From a virus (lineage: Duplodnaviria > Caudoviricetes), in the IMG/VR virus record IMGVR_UViG_3300012096_000002, positions 1 through 51,413 of that record: a DNA stretch of 51,413 nucleotides; one strand, 5' to 3'. The position numbers were made by a program, and so were the translations under genes. Each line of letters opens with the position of its first letter. Position 1 is the first letter of the stretch. This document shows, in pieces, positions 27,953 to 37,933 of this stretch. The notes under the pieces were generated by a model. It did no database searches and was not told the origin of the DNA. It was given only the letters and a program-made list of their open reading frames with translations.

Positions 27953-29181
27953 GTATTTTCATAAACTCCGCTTACGATCACTCTGTCATTGACAGCGAAA
28001 GATGTTGCTGTATCAGCATTTACAACACCACATGTTGTACCTGCAGCTGAGATAACACCCCCTACAATCTTCAATCTATTCACAATCTCTCTTCCTGTTA
28101 CACCGCCTCCAGAGTTTGCTGTATTAGGAAGATTAAAAGTTATAGAGGTAGTTGGCGCACCTCCACTGATTGTGATGTCAAGTTGTATATTTGTAGTCTT
28201 TCCTAGTGTCTTAAACTTTGCAGCGTTAACTGTGAACGTTGCAGTACTAGAAGATGGGGAAGGCGTGTAGTTAGCCCATGCAGTTGATGTATTGACACCT
28301 AAGATCAGAAGAGCATTAGCACCACTTGCAGTATCTATAGTCTTACCAGTTAAAGTATTAGCTGTATTAACTCCAATTAAAGTATCAGTAGATGTAGGAA
28401 GTGTTAAAGTGCCTGTATTAATTATAGTAGAAATTGTAGGAGTAGTTATAGTAGGCGAGGTACTCATCACAAATGTACTACCAGTACCTGTTTGTGAGGC
28501 TACCGAAGTAGCATTACCTACTGAAGTTATAGGTCCAGTAAGGTTAGCATTAGTAGTAACATTTCCTGCCGTTAATCCTGCAGCTGTTCCAGTAAGATTG
28601 GTAGCCACTCCTGATGCTGGTGTCCCTAATGCCGGAGTAACTAAAGTAGGGGAAGTAATCGTAGGGGAAGTAGATGCAACTACACTACCAGTTCCTGTTG
28701 TACCATTAAGTGTAACTCCATTTAAAACCAAAGTAGGAGTAGTTACACTAGTAGTAAAAGAAGGATTATTCAAAGTAGAAACAGTAGCAGGGGTCGTTCC
28801 TGTTATTACTATGTTATTCCCACCTGTTAACTTAGTAGACTCATCTGACCAACCCATAGCAAAGTCAGTATTACTAGTTTTAGATAAGATTTGTCCTGTA
28901 GTTCCTCCGACAGGAACAGTAGATATAGTTCCACCCCCTATGAAAGAATTCAAGTCTTGTAATCTTAGAGGTGATCCTACTGTAGCAGGAACAGGTAGAT
29001 TAAGAATCTGATTAGAATTCATATCCAGATTAGTATTCATCTGGTTAGGAGTACTACCATCTAGAGATAGAGTATTATTAACAGCATTCGTAATATAAGT
29101 ATTATTGGTATTAATGGTAGACGAAACTGTAGTTAAGTCTGTAATATTCTGAAGATTATTTAAGGGAGTTATCTTGCTCAT
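27949..29181 (-). CDS. Tail fibre protein 2
   Basis: N-terminal anchor NTLSLDGSTPNQMNTNLDMNSN; T/G/S-rich repeats. Confidence 0.8.
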   Translation of the reverse strand: MSKITPLNNLQNITDLTTVSSTINTNNTYITNAVNNTLSLDGSTPNQMNTNLDMNSNQILNLPVPATVGSPLRLQDLNSFIGGGTISTVPVGGTTGQILSKTSNTDFAMGWSDESTKLTGGNNIVITGTTPATVSTLNNPSFTTSVTTPTLVLNGVTLNGTTGTGSVVASTSPTITSPTLVTPALGTPASGVATNLTGTAAGLTAGNVTTNANLTGPITSVGNATSVASQTGTGSTFVMSTSPTITTPTISTIINTGTLTLPTSTDTLIGVNTANTLTGKTIDTASGANALLILGVNTSTAWANYTPSPSSSTATFTVNAAKFKTLGKTTNIQLDITISGGAPTTSITFNLPNTANSGGGVTGREIVNRLKIVGGVISAAGTTCGVVNADTATSFAVNDRVIVSGVYENT

Positions 29182-30908
29182 CTTATTCTCCTAGCTCTGA
29201 TTATTCCATAGGAACTTAAGGTACTGACTGTAAATTGTCCTTGGACAACAGCGTACAAAGTTGTAGGAGCTGTGAAATTAACTCGTGTAGGTCCTGTTAT
29301 AACAGTAATGTTTGTACTTCCTAGAACTGTACCAGGGAATGGAAGTTGACTGAATGATCCATTAGCATTGTTTATAACTCCACTTACACTGGAAATACTA
29401 GAAATTAAGTTTGTTAAGTTAGTGGTTGCACCGGGAATGAAATAACTATCCAACCAAACATCCCAGTCTCCTGCAGGTACTACTAAAGTAGTTAAATTTG
29501 CATTAACGTTAGTTGCTAAACTAATACCCGGACTTGCAACATTGGATGAAATATATTCACCAATGTTACCTGCAGTTGCATTATCACCAGTTATAGTTCC
29601 AGTTATCTGGCCTCTGCTGAAAACAACTGTATTTACAAGAGAAGGTAAAGGAGCTTGATTAGCAGTAATTGCTCCGTAGAAATTATTAGGAGTAGCTAAT
29701 ACGCCTGGAGTTCCTGTTGATCCGAAGGAATTAATTTCATATGCATAGACGTTGGTGCTACTAGGAAAGTTACTATTGAGTGTATAATCGAAATACATTC
29801 CAGTTCCGGTACCCATGGAACAAGAGAGATTTACAAAAGTATTAGCATCATTAACGCCTAAGTACACACCAAAGTTGGTAGAACCTGTAGAACGAATAAA
29901 TGTATTGGTAAATATATTATAGTCTGTATCAGTAGTTCCGCCCGGATCTCCGTGAAGGAAAATACCCTTAGCACCTACAATTGCTGGAACTAAGATAAAA
30001 GTATTCAGCCAGTTATTACGAAGACTATCTACATTACCAATTCCAGTAAAACCACCGATTGGATATGAGGTAGAATAGATTGAGGTAGTACCACAACCTT
30101 GAATTGTTAAATTAGAACAATCTCCGAATTGACCTGATGTTACGGTTATACCTGTAACTCCCGGTACACCCGAACCGTCTAAAAGAAGATTCTGAATTCC
30201 CCAACCTTGTAGTGGACCATTAATGGCAATCATACTACCAGCACCACTTGCCCATGTTAATTTGGGACCTGTGGTAAGGCTATAGCCATTTAGTGAAGGA
30301 AGACCTATTGGAGTATTGGGATTTCCAGTTCCTCTTAAAATAACTCCCTGTCGAGTAGAAAGGGTTGTAGAAGTACCATTTCCTATGACCAGAACAGATG
30401 AAATCTTGAAGTTCTTATTAGAAGGAAATAGAACAATTCCGCCTGAAGTAGGCAGAGCATTAATAGCACTTTGAATTGCAGCAGTATCATCTGCTACTCC
30501 ATTGCCTATTGCTCCGAAGTCTAAAACACTAATAGTAGTTATTGCTGTGGCATTAACACCTCCAATCAGAGTTAAAGCTGAAGCAGTTGTAGAAGCATTA
30601 ACTACCGGCTGCATAGCAGCAGAGACAGGAACACCAGTCAATCCTGTGACAATGTTTCCATTGTTTACTAAAGCTCCAGTCATTTGGGATAGAGTAACTG
30701 GCTCAGTTGTAGAAGTAGCTGAAGGAAGATTAATCATCCTATTAGAATTCATATCTAGAGTGGCATTCATCTGATTAGGTTGAGTACCATCTCTAGATAG
30801 AGTATTGTCCATAGCAGTTGTTAAGACTGCGTTATTGGCATTGATAGCATTAACCGCAGTAGTTTGATTTGTTAGATTAACCAGATTGGTTAATGTTACC
30901 TTTGACAT
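29178..30908 (-). CDS. Tailspike / tail fibre 1 with pectate-lyase-like beta-helix
   Basis: Same N-terminal anchor; SVLDFGAIGNGVADDTAAIQSAINA motif. Confidence 0.85.
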   Translation of the reverse strand: MSKVTLTNLVNLTNQTTAVNAINANNAVLTTAMDNTLSRDGTQPNQMNATLDMNSNRMINLPSATSTTEPVTLSQMTGALVNNGNIVTGLTGVPVSAAMQPVVNASTTASALTLIGGVNATAITTISVLDFGAIGNGVADDTAAIQSAINALPTSGGIVLFPSNKNFKISSVLVIGNGTSTTLSTRQGVILRGTGNPNTPIGLPSLNGYSLTTGPKLTWASGAGSMIAINGPLQGWGIQNLLLDGSGVPGVTGITVTSGQFGDCSNLTIQGCGTTSIYSTSYPIGGFTGIGNVDSLRNNWLNTFILVPAIVGAKGIFLHGDPGGTTDTDYNIFTNTFIRSTGSTNFGVYLGVNDANTFVNLSCSMGTGTGMYFDYTLNSNFPSSTNVYAYEINSFGSTGTPGVLATPNNFYGAITANQAPLPSLVNTVVFSRGQITGTITGDNATAGNIGEYISSNVASPGISLATNVNANLTTLVVPAGDWDVWLDSYFIPGATTNLTNLISSISSVSGVINNANGSFSQLPFPGTVLGSTNITVITGPTRVNFTAPTTLYAVVQGQFTVSTLSSYGIIRARRIR

Positions 30909-30917
30909 TTTTATTCC

Positions 30918-31439
30918 TTAAAAGTAAATAGTGTAAGCTTCTGAGCCAGCAGTAACATTGTTAAGTCTAATCTGAACTACTTTAGAACCTGAAGTAGCTA
31001 TAGTTCTATTAGCATTATTACCATCAAATCCACCACCAGTTCCCTGGGTAAGTGTGAAAGTATTAGTGCCACCACCATTTATAATTAGACATGTTATAAA
31101 ATCACCAACCTGAGCGCCAGAGCTAATGTTATTAACAGCAGCCACTAAATTAGTAGCCGTGTCTAAAGTCATAGTCAAACCTGCACCTGAAGCGGTAATA
31201 GTGATTACGCCAGTCAAAAGATCTGCAGCTAAGAGAGTAAGACCTGCAGCTGTAGTTGCTGTACGTGGAGGACCAAATCCAACTATCCAATTAGTTCCTT
31301 GTAAATTAGTTGTATATGCAGTGCCTAGAGCAGCAGTTCCAGTGAGCGTAAGGGGGACGCGAGTAGCCCTCGATCGCTCATTTGAAACTACTTCATCCAA
31401 GCCCGCCATATCAACTTCGCGAGTATTGTCGAGAGCCAT
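30918..31439 (-). CDS. Virion structural / decoration protein
   Basis: T/G/A-rich beta protein downstream of capsid; AAAGGA RBS. Confidence 0.65.
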   Translation of the reverse strand: MALDNTREVDMAGLDEVVSNERSRATRVPLTLTGTAALGTAYTTNLQGTNWIVGFGPPRTATTAAGLTLLAADLLTGVITITASGAGLTMTLDTATNLVAAVNNISSGAQVGDFITCLIINGGGTNTFTLTQGTGGGFDGNNANRTIATSGSKVVQIRLNNVTAGSEAYTIYF

Positions 31440-31462
31440 TTATTATTTTCCTTTCTATGGTA

Positions 31463-31478
31463 GGGGGCCGAAGCCCCC
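31463..31478 (-). promoter_or_regulatory. cUUCGg tetraloop hairpin after capsid-associated genes (stabiliser or weak terminator)
   Basis: ggggcttcggcccc on - strand; no U-tract. Confidence 0.55.
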
Positions 31479-31493
31479 AGAACCATATAGTCA

Positions 31494-32213
31494 TTACTGA
31501 CTGATAGAGCCGTACATAGTATATCTACAACGGAGTTTAATTAACCCATTGGTAAATGTACCTGTAGCAATAGTGGAGAGATACGCCTTCGAAGGAAGGG
31601 GTGTCACTGCATTAGTTACTAGAGGAACAGTACCAAGCCAGTCACCGCCGCCTGCAACACCTGTACCAGGAGTACTCCACAAGAACCCGGCTGTAGCGCC
31701 TGGTTGAGTGAAAGTAACCCGTTGTCCGGATGTAGCCATGCTAGCAGTCAGCATATTCTTGAGAATCTGCGTACCAGCGTTGGGTGTTACCTGCACAAAT
31801 GTACTCGATGGAGTGCCAGGCTGAACGAACGCAAGTCCGACAGCGAGACTGGTACCACCAGTAGCACCTACAAGAGTATCAATTTCCACATGCTCAAAGA
31901 AGAGCTGCGTAGTTGTAAAATTGAGGATACCACCAGAGACCGTAGTCACCGGAGTAATTTGTAAAGGAACGATGTTAGTTAAAGATTGAATACCTGCCGC
32001 AGCCGGGAGACCAGTACCAACGAACGATGTCGGTGGGGCTGGAACCTGGATTGTCGTACCTGAGCCAATTGACATAGGTACTAGTGGGATAAGTTGTTCA
32101 AACTCACGAGTTTCGCCGTAGACGAGATAATCGCCTGCGACTTCTTCGATAGCCTTCTGCGTGCCAAATTGCAGCGGAAGTCCATCTTGGTTAAGCCAAA
32201 AACCTGCTACCAT
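31494..32213 (-). CDS. Capsid-associated (cement/decoration) protein
   Basis: Directly after MCP; W.NQDGL..FG start. Confidence 0.65.
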   Translation of the reverse strand: MVAGFWLNQDGLPLQFGTQKAIEEVAGDYLVYGETREFEQLIPLVPMSIGSGTTIQVPAPPTSFVGTGLPAAAGIQSLTNIVPLQITPVTTVSGGILNFTTTQLFFEHVEIDTLVGATGGTSLAVGLAFVQPGTPSSTFVQVTPNAGTQILKNMLTASMATSGQRVTFTQPGATAGFLWSTPGTGVAGGGDWLGTVPLVTNAVTPLPSKAYLSTIATGTFTNGLIKLRCRYTMYGSISQ

Positions 32214-32224
32214 TTCATATCTCC

Positions 32225-33184
32225 TTAACTTGGAACTGCACTGGTGGCGGTAATCACTGTAACCATGTTTTCAGGCCGATAAAGCTTGAAACCGTACTCA
32301 GCGATAGTGAGGTATTCTTCTTGCTGAAGATCCTTGTTAAACTCACTGTAGACTGTGGGCATCTGACGGAAGCCACCAATCCACGGTGTAGTATCACCAG
32401 GAGTTGCGGAGAAGAAGTAGTTAGCTACACCACCAGTTACAGTCACACCATTGATCGTTTCAGACGCAATAGCGGGAAGGTAATTGGAAACATAGATATC
32501 AAACCCATAAACATTGAAACGGAATTTGAAGCCCGTCATAATGCCATCTCGAGTTACATCACCCCACATTTGCATGGGAGAGAGTAAGTTCACAAGATTG
32601 GTTTGTGTTTGTAGTGTGTAGGCAACTGAAGGATCAATCACAGCGCACAGATTAACCAAAGGCACGTTAGCCTTGAATAATCCATATTGTGCACGAGCGA
32701 AGTCAGGCAATGCGATTGCTTGACCTGCACCGCTAGCCACCCAACGGTGGTCAGCTAGATTGATGATATTTGGATTGCTAGCAGTTTGTCCATTATTTGC
32801 TTGTGCAAAAATGCGAGTCTCCACTGCTTCCATCAAGGCACGGTGTTGACGCGGCACGAATGCAGCAATCACATCAGCTTGATAAAAGCTATCTCTCTTG
32901 AACTTTTCGCTAATTGCATGAGCAGAATACTTGTATTGGTCGAATGAGAACTGGAAGTTACCAGTGTCCATCGAGTTATACTTGACTGCTTGATTTTCTG
33001 TGAAATCAAGTGTTTCTGCTTCACCAATAGACGGAATGTTAATCGTATAGCCATCGGGGAAGTCTTGGATAATCTTGACAAACTTCATAGCATTCAATTC
33101 ATCGAGTAAGAGCTCCTTGATCTGACGAGACCAAAGTTGACTCCTAACGAGATATTGATTACTGGCGTCGGTAAAACCTGCCAT
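32225..33184 (-). CDS. Major capsid protein
   Basis: 319 aa after scaffold; LVRSQLWS..IKE.L.DEL, FPDG.TINIPSIG, YGFKLYRPEN. Confidence 0.9.
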   Translation of the reverse strand: MAGFTDASNQYLVRSQLWSRQIKELLLDELNAMKFVKIIQDFPDGYTINIPSIGEAETLDFTENQAVKYNSMDTGNFQFSFDQYKYSAHAISEKFKRDSFYQADVIAAFVPRQHRALMEAVETRIFAQANNGQTASNPNIINLADHRWVASGAGQAIALPDFARAQYGLFKANVPLVNLCAVIDPSVAYTLQTQTNLVNLLSPMQMWGDVTRDGIMTGFKFRFNVYGFDIYVSNYLPAIASETINGVTVTGGVANYFFSATPGDTTPWIGGFRQMPTVYSEFNKDLQQEEYLTIAEYGFKLYRPENMVTVITATSAVPS

Positions 33185-33206
33185 AATGAAGTCTCCTTAG
33201 ATTAAA

Positions 33207-33944
33207 TTAATTCGCAGGCATATTGAAGTCAGCTCCTAGAGCAATGGCATCGTTATGCATTTGAATCGCGATTTTAGGGTCTAGATACGCCCGGGGATCT
33301 CTTTTATTTAATTGCTGATAGTATTCCCAATCTCGTTTCTGAACCGTTGGTGCGAACTGGTTTTGTCGCTGGCTAGAACGGGGTGGAGCAATATCTGCAG
33401 TTTGACGTTGCTCATCTAATCCAAATGTCCTATAAAAGACAGAAGGATGAGTTTTAGCAAGATCGTCGGTAAAAGATTGATCTAATCCTAATGTATCCAT
33501 ACGTTGCTTAAGAACCTCTGAAGCTTTATCTCCAAACTGTTCTCTAAGCTTTGCCTTCACCATATTGAAGTTATCATTCTGTTTAGTCAGCTTCTCACGG
33601 GCTGTGAGTTTCTGTTCCAGAATGGAATCAATATCTTCAGGCTTGATCGATGGCTTGATTTCTTCTGCCGGGGTGATTGGCAGTTGTTCGGGGTTGGAAA
33701 GAAGTTTCTCTTGTCGAGCTATTAATTCTTTCAACGAGGCCGTCGCTGTAGCTTCTTCTCTTAACTTAAGATAGTCTTCCCGAATATTGTCAAAACGGGC
33801 ATTTTGTGTCTTAATGAAAAGATCGGACTCTACCTTTGCTGCGAGAATATCTTCTTTGGATTTGTCTTTCCATTTATTAAGAATAGCTTCTCGTTCACTG
33901 TTATTGTCTGTGGTCGGATCAACATCTAATAGGCTGTCAGCCAT
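33207..33944 (-). CDS. Capsid scaffolding protein
   Basis: Charged coiled-coil protein between portal and MCP. Confidence 0.75.
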   Translation of the reverse strand: MADSLLDVDPTTDNNSEREAILNKWKDKSKEDILAAKVESDLFIKTQNARFDNIREDYLKLREEATATASLKELIARQEKLLSNPEQLPITPAEEIKPSIKPEDIDSILEQKLTAREKLTKQNDNFNMVKAKLREQFGDKASEVLKQRMDTLGLDQSFTDDLAKTHPSVFYRTFGLDEQRQTADIAPPRSSQRQNQFAPTVQKRDWEYYQQLNKRDPRAYLDPKIAIQMHNDAIALGADFNMPAN

Positions 33945-34206
33945 GTTTCTTCTCCTGGTCTAGGGTAATTAATTTGGACACCATCTTCAAAGCAGCTTTA
34001 AAACCATTGGTGTGAGCTTGCTTATAATCCCAATTAGGTGTCTCATAAATCTTGGGACTTATCTCTGCCGACTCTAGGCCGGCCTTCTCTTCGTCTAATA
34101 GTTCCTGCAACCGACCTAATATATATCGGGAGGCTTTCAGACTCTTTAGAAATTTATCTTTATCTTCGTCAGTCTTTAAATGCTTGGTCCAAGCAGAGAC
34201 AGCCAT
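33937..34206 (-). CDS. Conserved-type hypothetical protein (head module)
   Basis: WTKHLK...YETPNWDYKQAHTNG. Confidence 0.75.
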   Translation of the reverse strand: MAVSAWTKHLKTDEDKDKFLKSLKASRYILGRLQELLDEEKAGLESAEISPKIYETPNWDYKQAHTNGFKAALKMVSKLITLDQEKKHG

Positions 34207-34400
34207 TAGTAAGTGCCTTTACCTACCGAAGTATTGGGACCATCAGCACTGCTCATACCACCATGTCCAGTGGGTTCATTACGTTGTCGAAGATGTGGAT
34301 CTTCGTGAGTAACATTGTGTAAATGTTTCAAATGAGGAGTATGTTCATTATCTGAACTAGAAGGGAAAAAGGGGTGCATGTAAGATTTGTGATCAGCCAT
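34206..34400 (-). CDS. Small His-rich hypothetical protein
   Basis: TAATG coupled on both sides. Confidence 0.6.
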   Translation of the reverse strand: MADHKSYMHPFFPSSSDNEHTPHLKHLHNVTHEDPHLRQRNEPTGHGGMSSADGPNTSVGKGTY

Positions 34401-36280
34401 TATTGTGTTCCTAAAGTTCCGGTTGGGGTTGCGCTCATGGGTGGGTTACGTTTTAAACCCAGACCAGGTTGAGCTGGGGTCTGAGGTGGTGGGGAAAACT
34501 GCCCCTGGGGATTAACATCGTAATCATGTCCAATCCCGGTGGCAGTTCCCATTTCTTGATGTAGCTGCTCCTGAAGGGCTTGAACCATTCGTTGCCCATC
34601 AGCCTGTTCAGCAAGCTGAATGTATGGGGTGACAGCTGCGTAATCTTTAAGGTCGAAGATAGACTCGAGTAGCCTTGCAAGCACAACTCCGGAGAAGTGA
34701 GGTTGAACTGTAGCCCATAGATTTGAACCTGTGAGGGCAGTGAGATTTTGGACGAGTTCAGCTTGTTCAGCAAAGTGTCGTGCTCCAATTGGCTTAATTC
34801 TACCAACTCCTGTGATGTCATCGACTGTAAGAGTTTGGAACGTTGTTGCGTTGAGGTCATTGTCGAATACTCTTATTGTAGTAGCTCCAGAGAGATTTCT
34901 ACGAGCTAGTTCAAGCATATAATTAAGTAGCATTTCCAAGATCTGCTCAGAGAACTGATTGATCTTATTCTGGAACATACGAGATGAGGCATTCTCAAGA
35001 CGTTGTACTTCGTATTTTGTCTTTTCACCTGGAGATCGAATGCCCATCGCCTCTCGAGGAGCTCCTGCCATTTCTTCCATCTGAGCTTGAAGTTTTTCAA
35101 TCTTCATATCAGATTGCATAATTTGGACTTCAGGTTGAACTAATTCGACATCTCCTTCTTCAGAGACGAAGATCTTCTCACCTGGCTGCCAAACATATTC
35201 TTCAACAAAACCTTTGACTTTCTGAACAGGATAAGTAACTAAGTCCCAGATATCTGCGGCCATATTCTCGATATGGTCCATGCGGTACTGCATACCAACA
35301 AGATTAGCTAGAGGACCTTGTCCCCATAGATTATCTTGTTTACGTCTCCACGGAGAGTGGACAATCGGAGGATAACCAAAGAAAGATGGATTAGGTATAT
35401 TATTGATCAGCTTGTGTCGATCAACCACCGTAATAACACGATTCTTTTCAAAGGTATCCGTATAAGGATCGTACCAATCACCGTAGAAAGTTAATACTTC
35501 CACCATATCTGATAATAGATAAGCACGGAAGTTAGTGAAGCCATCCATGGCATAGAGACGATCCTTCTGGATCCAGTCTCCTTGGAATTGTCTGGCGTGA
35601 AATCTAATTTCCTTTAGATATTTAAATAAATCTTCATAAGTCTGACGATTCTCATCATTAGACATCCGTTCCATTAAATCCTTTAATTCACCTAAGGAAA
35701 TTAAGGAACGGACTAATTTAGGAGACTGCATGAAGTTTTCAGCAGTAGGGTTGAAAACTATGTCTAAAGGACTAATACGACGAACGGCGGGACCAACGTA
35801 GCCTGCTTGAGTTTTATCTATTTGTTCTACTCTTTGGTCCACCCATTCTACTGTAGCAAAGCAATTACCAAAGTCTATGTAGTCTTGAGTAACCTTCTCT
35901 ATTTCAGATTTGAAAGTAGGTTGTTCTATAACCCATGACATGTAATTTATAATTGAGTCACGCTTTCGGACATCAGCGGCATCTTCATTCTCAGGTTCCC
36001 ACACAAGCCATTTACGCTTGGGAAATAACGTGGCGATGTAGTTCGCGAATAAGTTATCTCGGATTTGGCAAAGCTTAGGGACTGTAGTCTTATTCTTCCA
36101 GGGCAATGAAGAGTTGGAAGTCTGGGTAGTATCTGTGGCATATACATAGCGTCTAACCTCTTCCCAATCATTCTTAGCGACTTGTCGAAGAGTGTCCCAT
36201 TCAATGTAACGTTGTGTAAGTCTAGTTGCTAGAAGATCTGGAGAAATAATATTCTCCAGAGGCATCACCTTTCCGGTCAT
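34400..36280 (-). CDS. Portal protein
   Basis: 626 aa after terminase; PWKNKTTVPKLCQIRDNL, MGIRSPGEKTKYEVQ. Confidence 0.9.
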   Translation of the reverse strand: MTGKVMPLENIISPDLLATRLTQRYIEWDTLRQVAKNDWEEVRRYVYATDTTQTSNSSLPWKNKTTVPKLCQIRDNLFANYIATLFPKRKWLVWEPENEDAADVRKRDSIINYMSWVIEQPTFKSEIEKVTQDYIDFGNCFATVEWVDQRVEQIDKTQAGYVGPAVRRISPLDIVFNPTAENFMQSPKLVRSLISLGELKDLMERMSNDENRQTYEDLFKYLKEIRFHARQFQGDWIQKDRLYAMDGFTNFRAYLLSDMVEVLTFYGDWYDPYTDTFEKNRVITVVDRHKLINNIPNPSFFGYPPIVHSPWRRKQDNLWGQGPLANLVGMQYRMDHIENMAADIWDLVTYPVQKVKGFVEEYVWQPGEKIFVSEEGDVELVQPEVQIMQSDMKIEKLQAQMEEMAGAPREAMGIRSPGEKTKYEVQRLENASSRMFQNKINQFSEQILEMLLNYMLELARRNLSGATTIRVFDNDLNATTFQTLTVDDITGVGRIKPIGARHFAEQAELVQNLTALTGSNLWATVQPHFSGVVLARLLESIFDLKDYAAVTPYIQLAEQADGQRMVQALQEQLHQEMGTATGIGHDYDVNPQGQFSPPPQTPAQPGLGLKRNPPMSATPTGTLGTQ

Positions 36281-37854
36281 GCTACTCCGCCCCAGCGGCT
36301 ATTAAATTTAAATTCAGGTTCTTTACTCTTACTCATTCTATAATAATCTATTGGAGGTACTGCGAAATCTACTGCAGAAGCTAAGGCATCCTTAACATCG
36401 TCATGTGCAGGATTGGCGTAAATTAATTCTTCTTCTAATACTTGACAATTACCACTAGGATAGTGCCATATCTGTTTATTAGCATAACGCGGTTCTAACA
36501 GTGAGAAGATTCTTTCTTCTTTTGAACCTGTCCACCTACTAGGCCGATACTCATCTACACTCAAAGAAAGACCATTCTTTCGGATATAGTTTTCTTTTAA
36601 GTCTTCTACAATTACTTTCTGTGCGACTGAAACTTCACATCTAATCTTTCTGAAACCCCATCTATCGTATAGTTTTAATATATGGTTAAAGTATTCAGAT
36701 ACTCTGTCTGTCTTAAAACGATCTATCTCAAGTATGTAGTAATTATGTAAACCGTCAGCGCCGAGAACAACAATGCTAGTAAAATCAGACTTTTTCCCAG
36801 TGGAGTAAGCGAAGTCAACAGATGCACATACGTTGAGACGCTCCCGCTTAAAGAACCAGTGATGGTCTCGTTTGAAGAGATAGTTTTGATCATAGTATTG
36901 GAAGAGGTCTCGATTGATGGGGGAATTGTCAACGTCGTGGGGATCGTTGTAGTATTGGGCTCTAAAGTAAAGTTTGTTAATATATTTAGATCGTTTTTCA
37001 GCTAAAATATCTGGATCGAAACCAAACCACTTACCATCTGATCTTTGTTGACGAGGCCAGAGAAATTGACCGGATCCATCTCCTGCTGTTTCAACAGGAT
37101 ATTCCTTACTTTCGAAAAGTGGATTAGAAGATTTCTTGTCACCGAATTCATCGTATTCGTCTATTTCCATTTCCAATAGACTTGAATATAGATCTTTGGG
37201 GTGATACCTAGTTCCTACTACCCATTCCTTAGCATTAGCAGCTTCAATAGAAGATAAGTAAGAATATTGATCTATTACTTTTTTTCGTCCTTCTTCGAGA
37301 TACGCGTTACCCTGTACAACAACATCGTCAAGCACGGCAATATCACAATGCATGCCAACAATATTAGTAGTAAGACCGGCAGTGAATATAGATGGATCGC
37401 GGATAGATTCCTCTCTACGTCTTGGATGATCAAGTGATATTTCCCTTTCCGTCCATTTCTCTCGCTTAGCTTCTTCCTTTATGACCATATCAGGCCAATA
37501 CAGTCTATATACGTCGTCTGTAAATATATCTTTAATAAACTTCAATTGCTTAATAGCTAAGTTGGAAGTAGACGAAATATATAGAATACGAAGCGTAGGA
37601 TCTCTAGTTAACTCCCAAGCGACTCTGTAGGCAGCCAGAGCTGACTTCATGTGATCTCTGGGCAATAGTAACAGCTGATGCGATTTCGCGTCTCCAGAAG
37701 TCCACCATGAGATAACCTCACGATGTATATTACCTAAGAGTCTTCTTGGATGGACTAAGTTGATGAAAGAAACTAAGGAAGATTCAGCTTCTAGACGACG
37801 TTCTTGTCTTCGTTGCTGTAAATCCGACAGAGGTTTCTTTTTTCGGGCGACCAC
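36277..37854 (-). CDS. terL: Terminase large subunit
   Basis: LLPRDHMKS (Walker A variant), AVLDDVV (Walker B), VGTRY, VDFAYS, HDDVKDALA nuclease motif. Confidence 0.93.
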   Translation of the reverse strand: MVARKKKPLSDLQQRRQERRLEAESSLVSFINLVHPRRLLGNIHREVISWWTSGDAKSHQLLLLPRDHMKSALAAYRVAWELTRDPTLRILYISSTSNLAIKQLKFIKDIFTDDVYRLYWPDMVIKEEAKREKWTEREISLDHPRRREESIRDPSIFTAGLTTNIVGMHCDIAVLDDVVVQGNAYLEEGRKKVIDQYSYLSSIEAANAKEWVVGTRYHPKDLYSSLLEMEIDEYDEFGDKKSSNPLFESKEYPVETAGDGSGQFLWPRQQRSDGKWFGFDPDILAEKRSKYINKLYFRAQYYNDPHDVDNSPINRDLFQYYDQNYLFKRDHHWFFKRERLNVCASVDFAYSTGKKSDFTSIVVLGADGLHNYYILEIDRFKTDRVSEYFNHILKLYDRWGFRKIRCEVSVAQKVIVEDLKENYIRKNGLSLSVDEYRPSRWTGSKEERIFSLLEPRYANKQIWHYPSGNCQVLEEELIYANPAHDDVKDALASAVDFAVPPIDYYRMSKSKEPEFKFNSRWGGVA

Positions 37855-37885
37855 CTAGTTTTCCTAACATTTGAGCATATTTGTT

Positions 37886-37933
37886 TATGCTTGCAGGTTT
37901 TGCTTTAATTGGAGTTGTATGCTTGCAGGTTTT
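37886..37933. repeat. 16-bp direct repeat upstream of terL
   Basis: tatgcttgcaggtttt at 37886-37901 and 37918-37933. Confidence 0.85.

Noticed and set aside
27989-29011. Long + strand ORFs antisense to tail fibre (also 30502..30774, 31126..31500)
   Set aside because: Shadow ORFs produced by Thr/Gly codon bias of the real - strand genes
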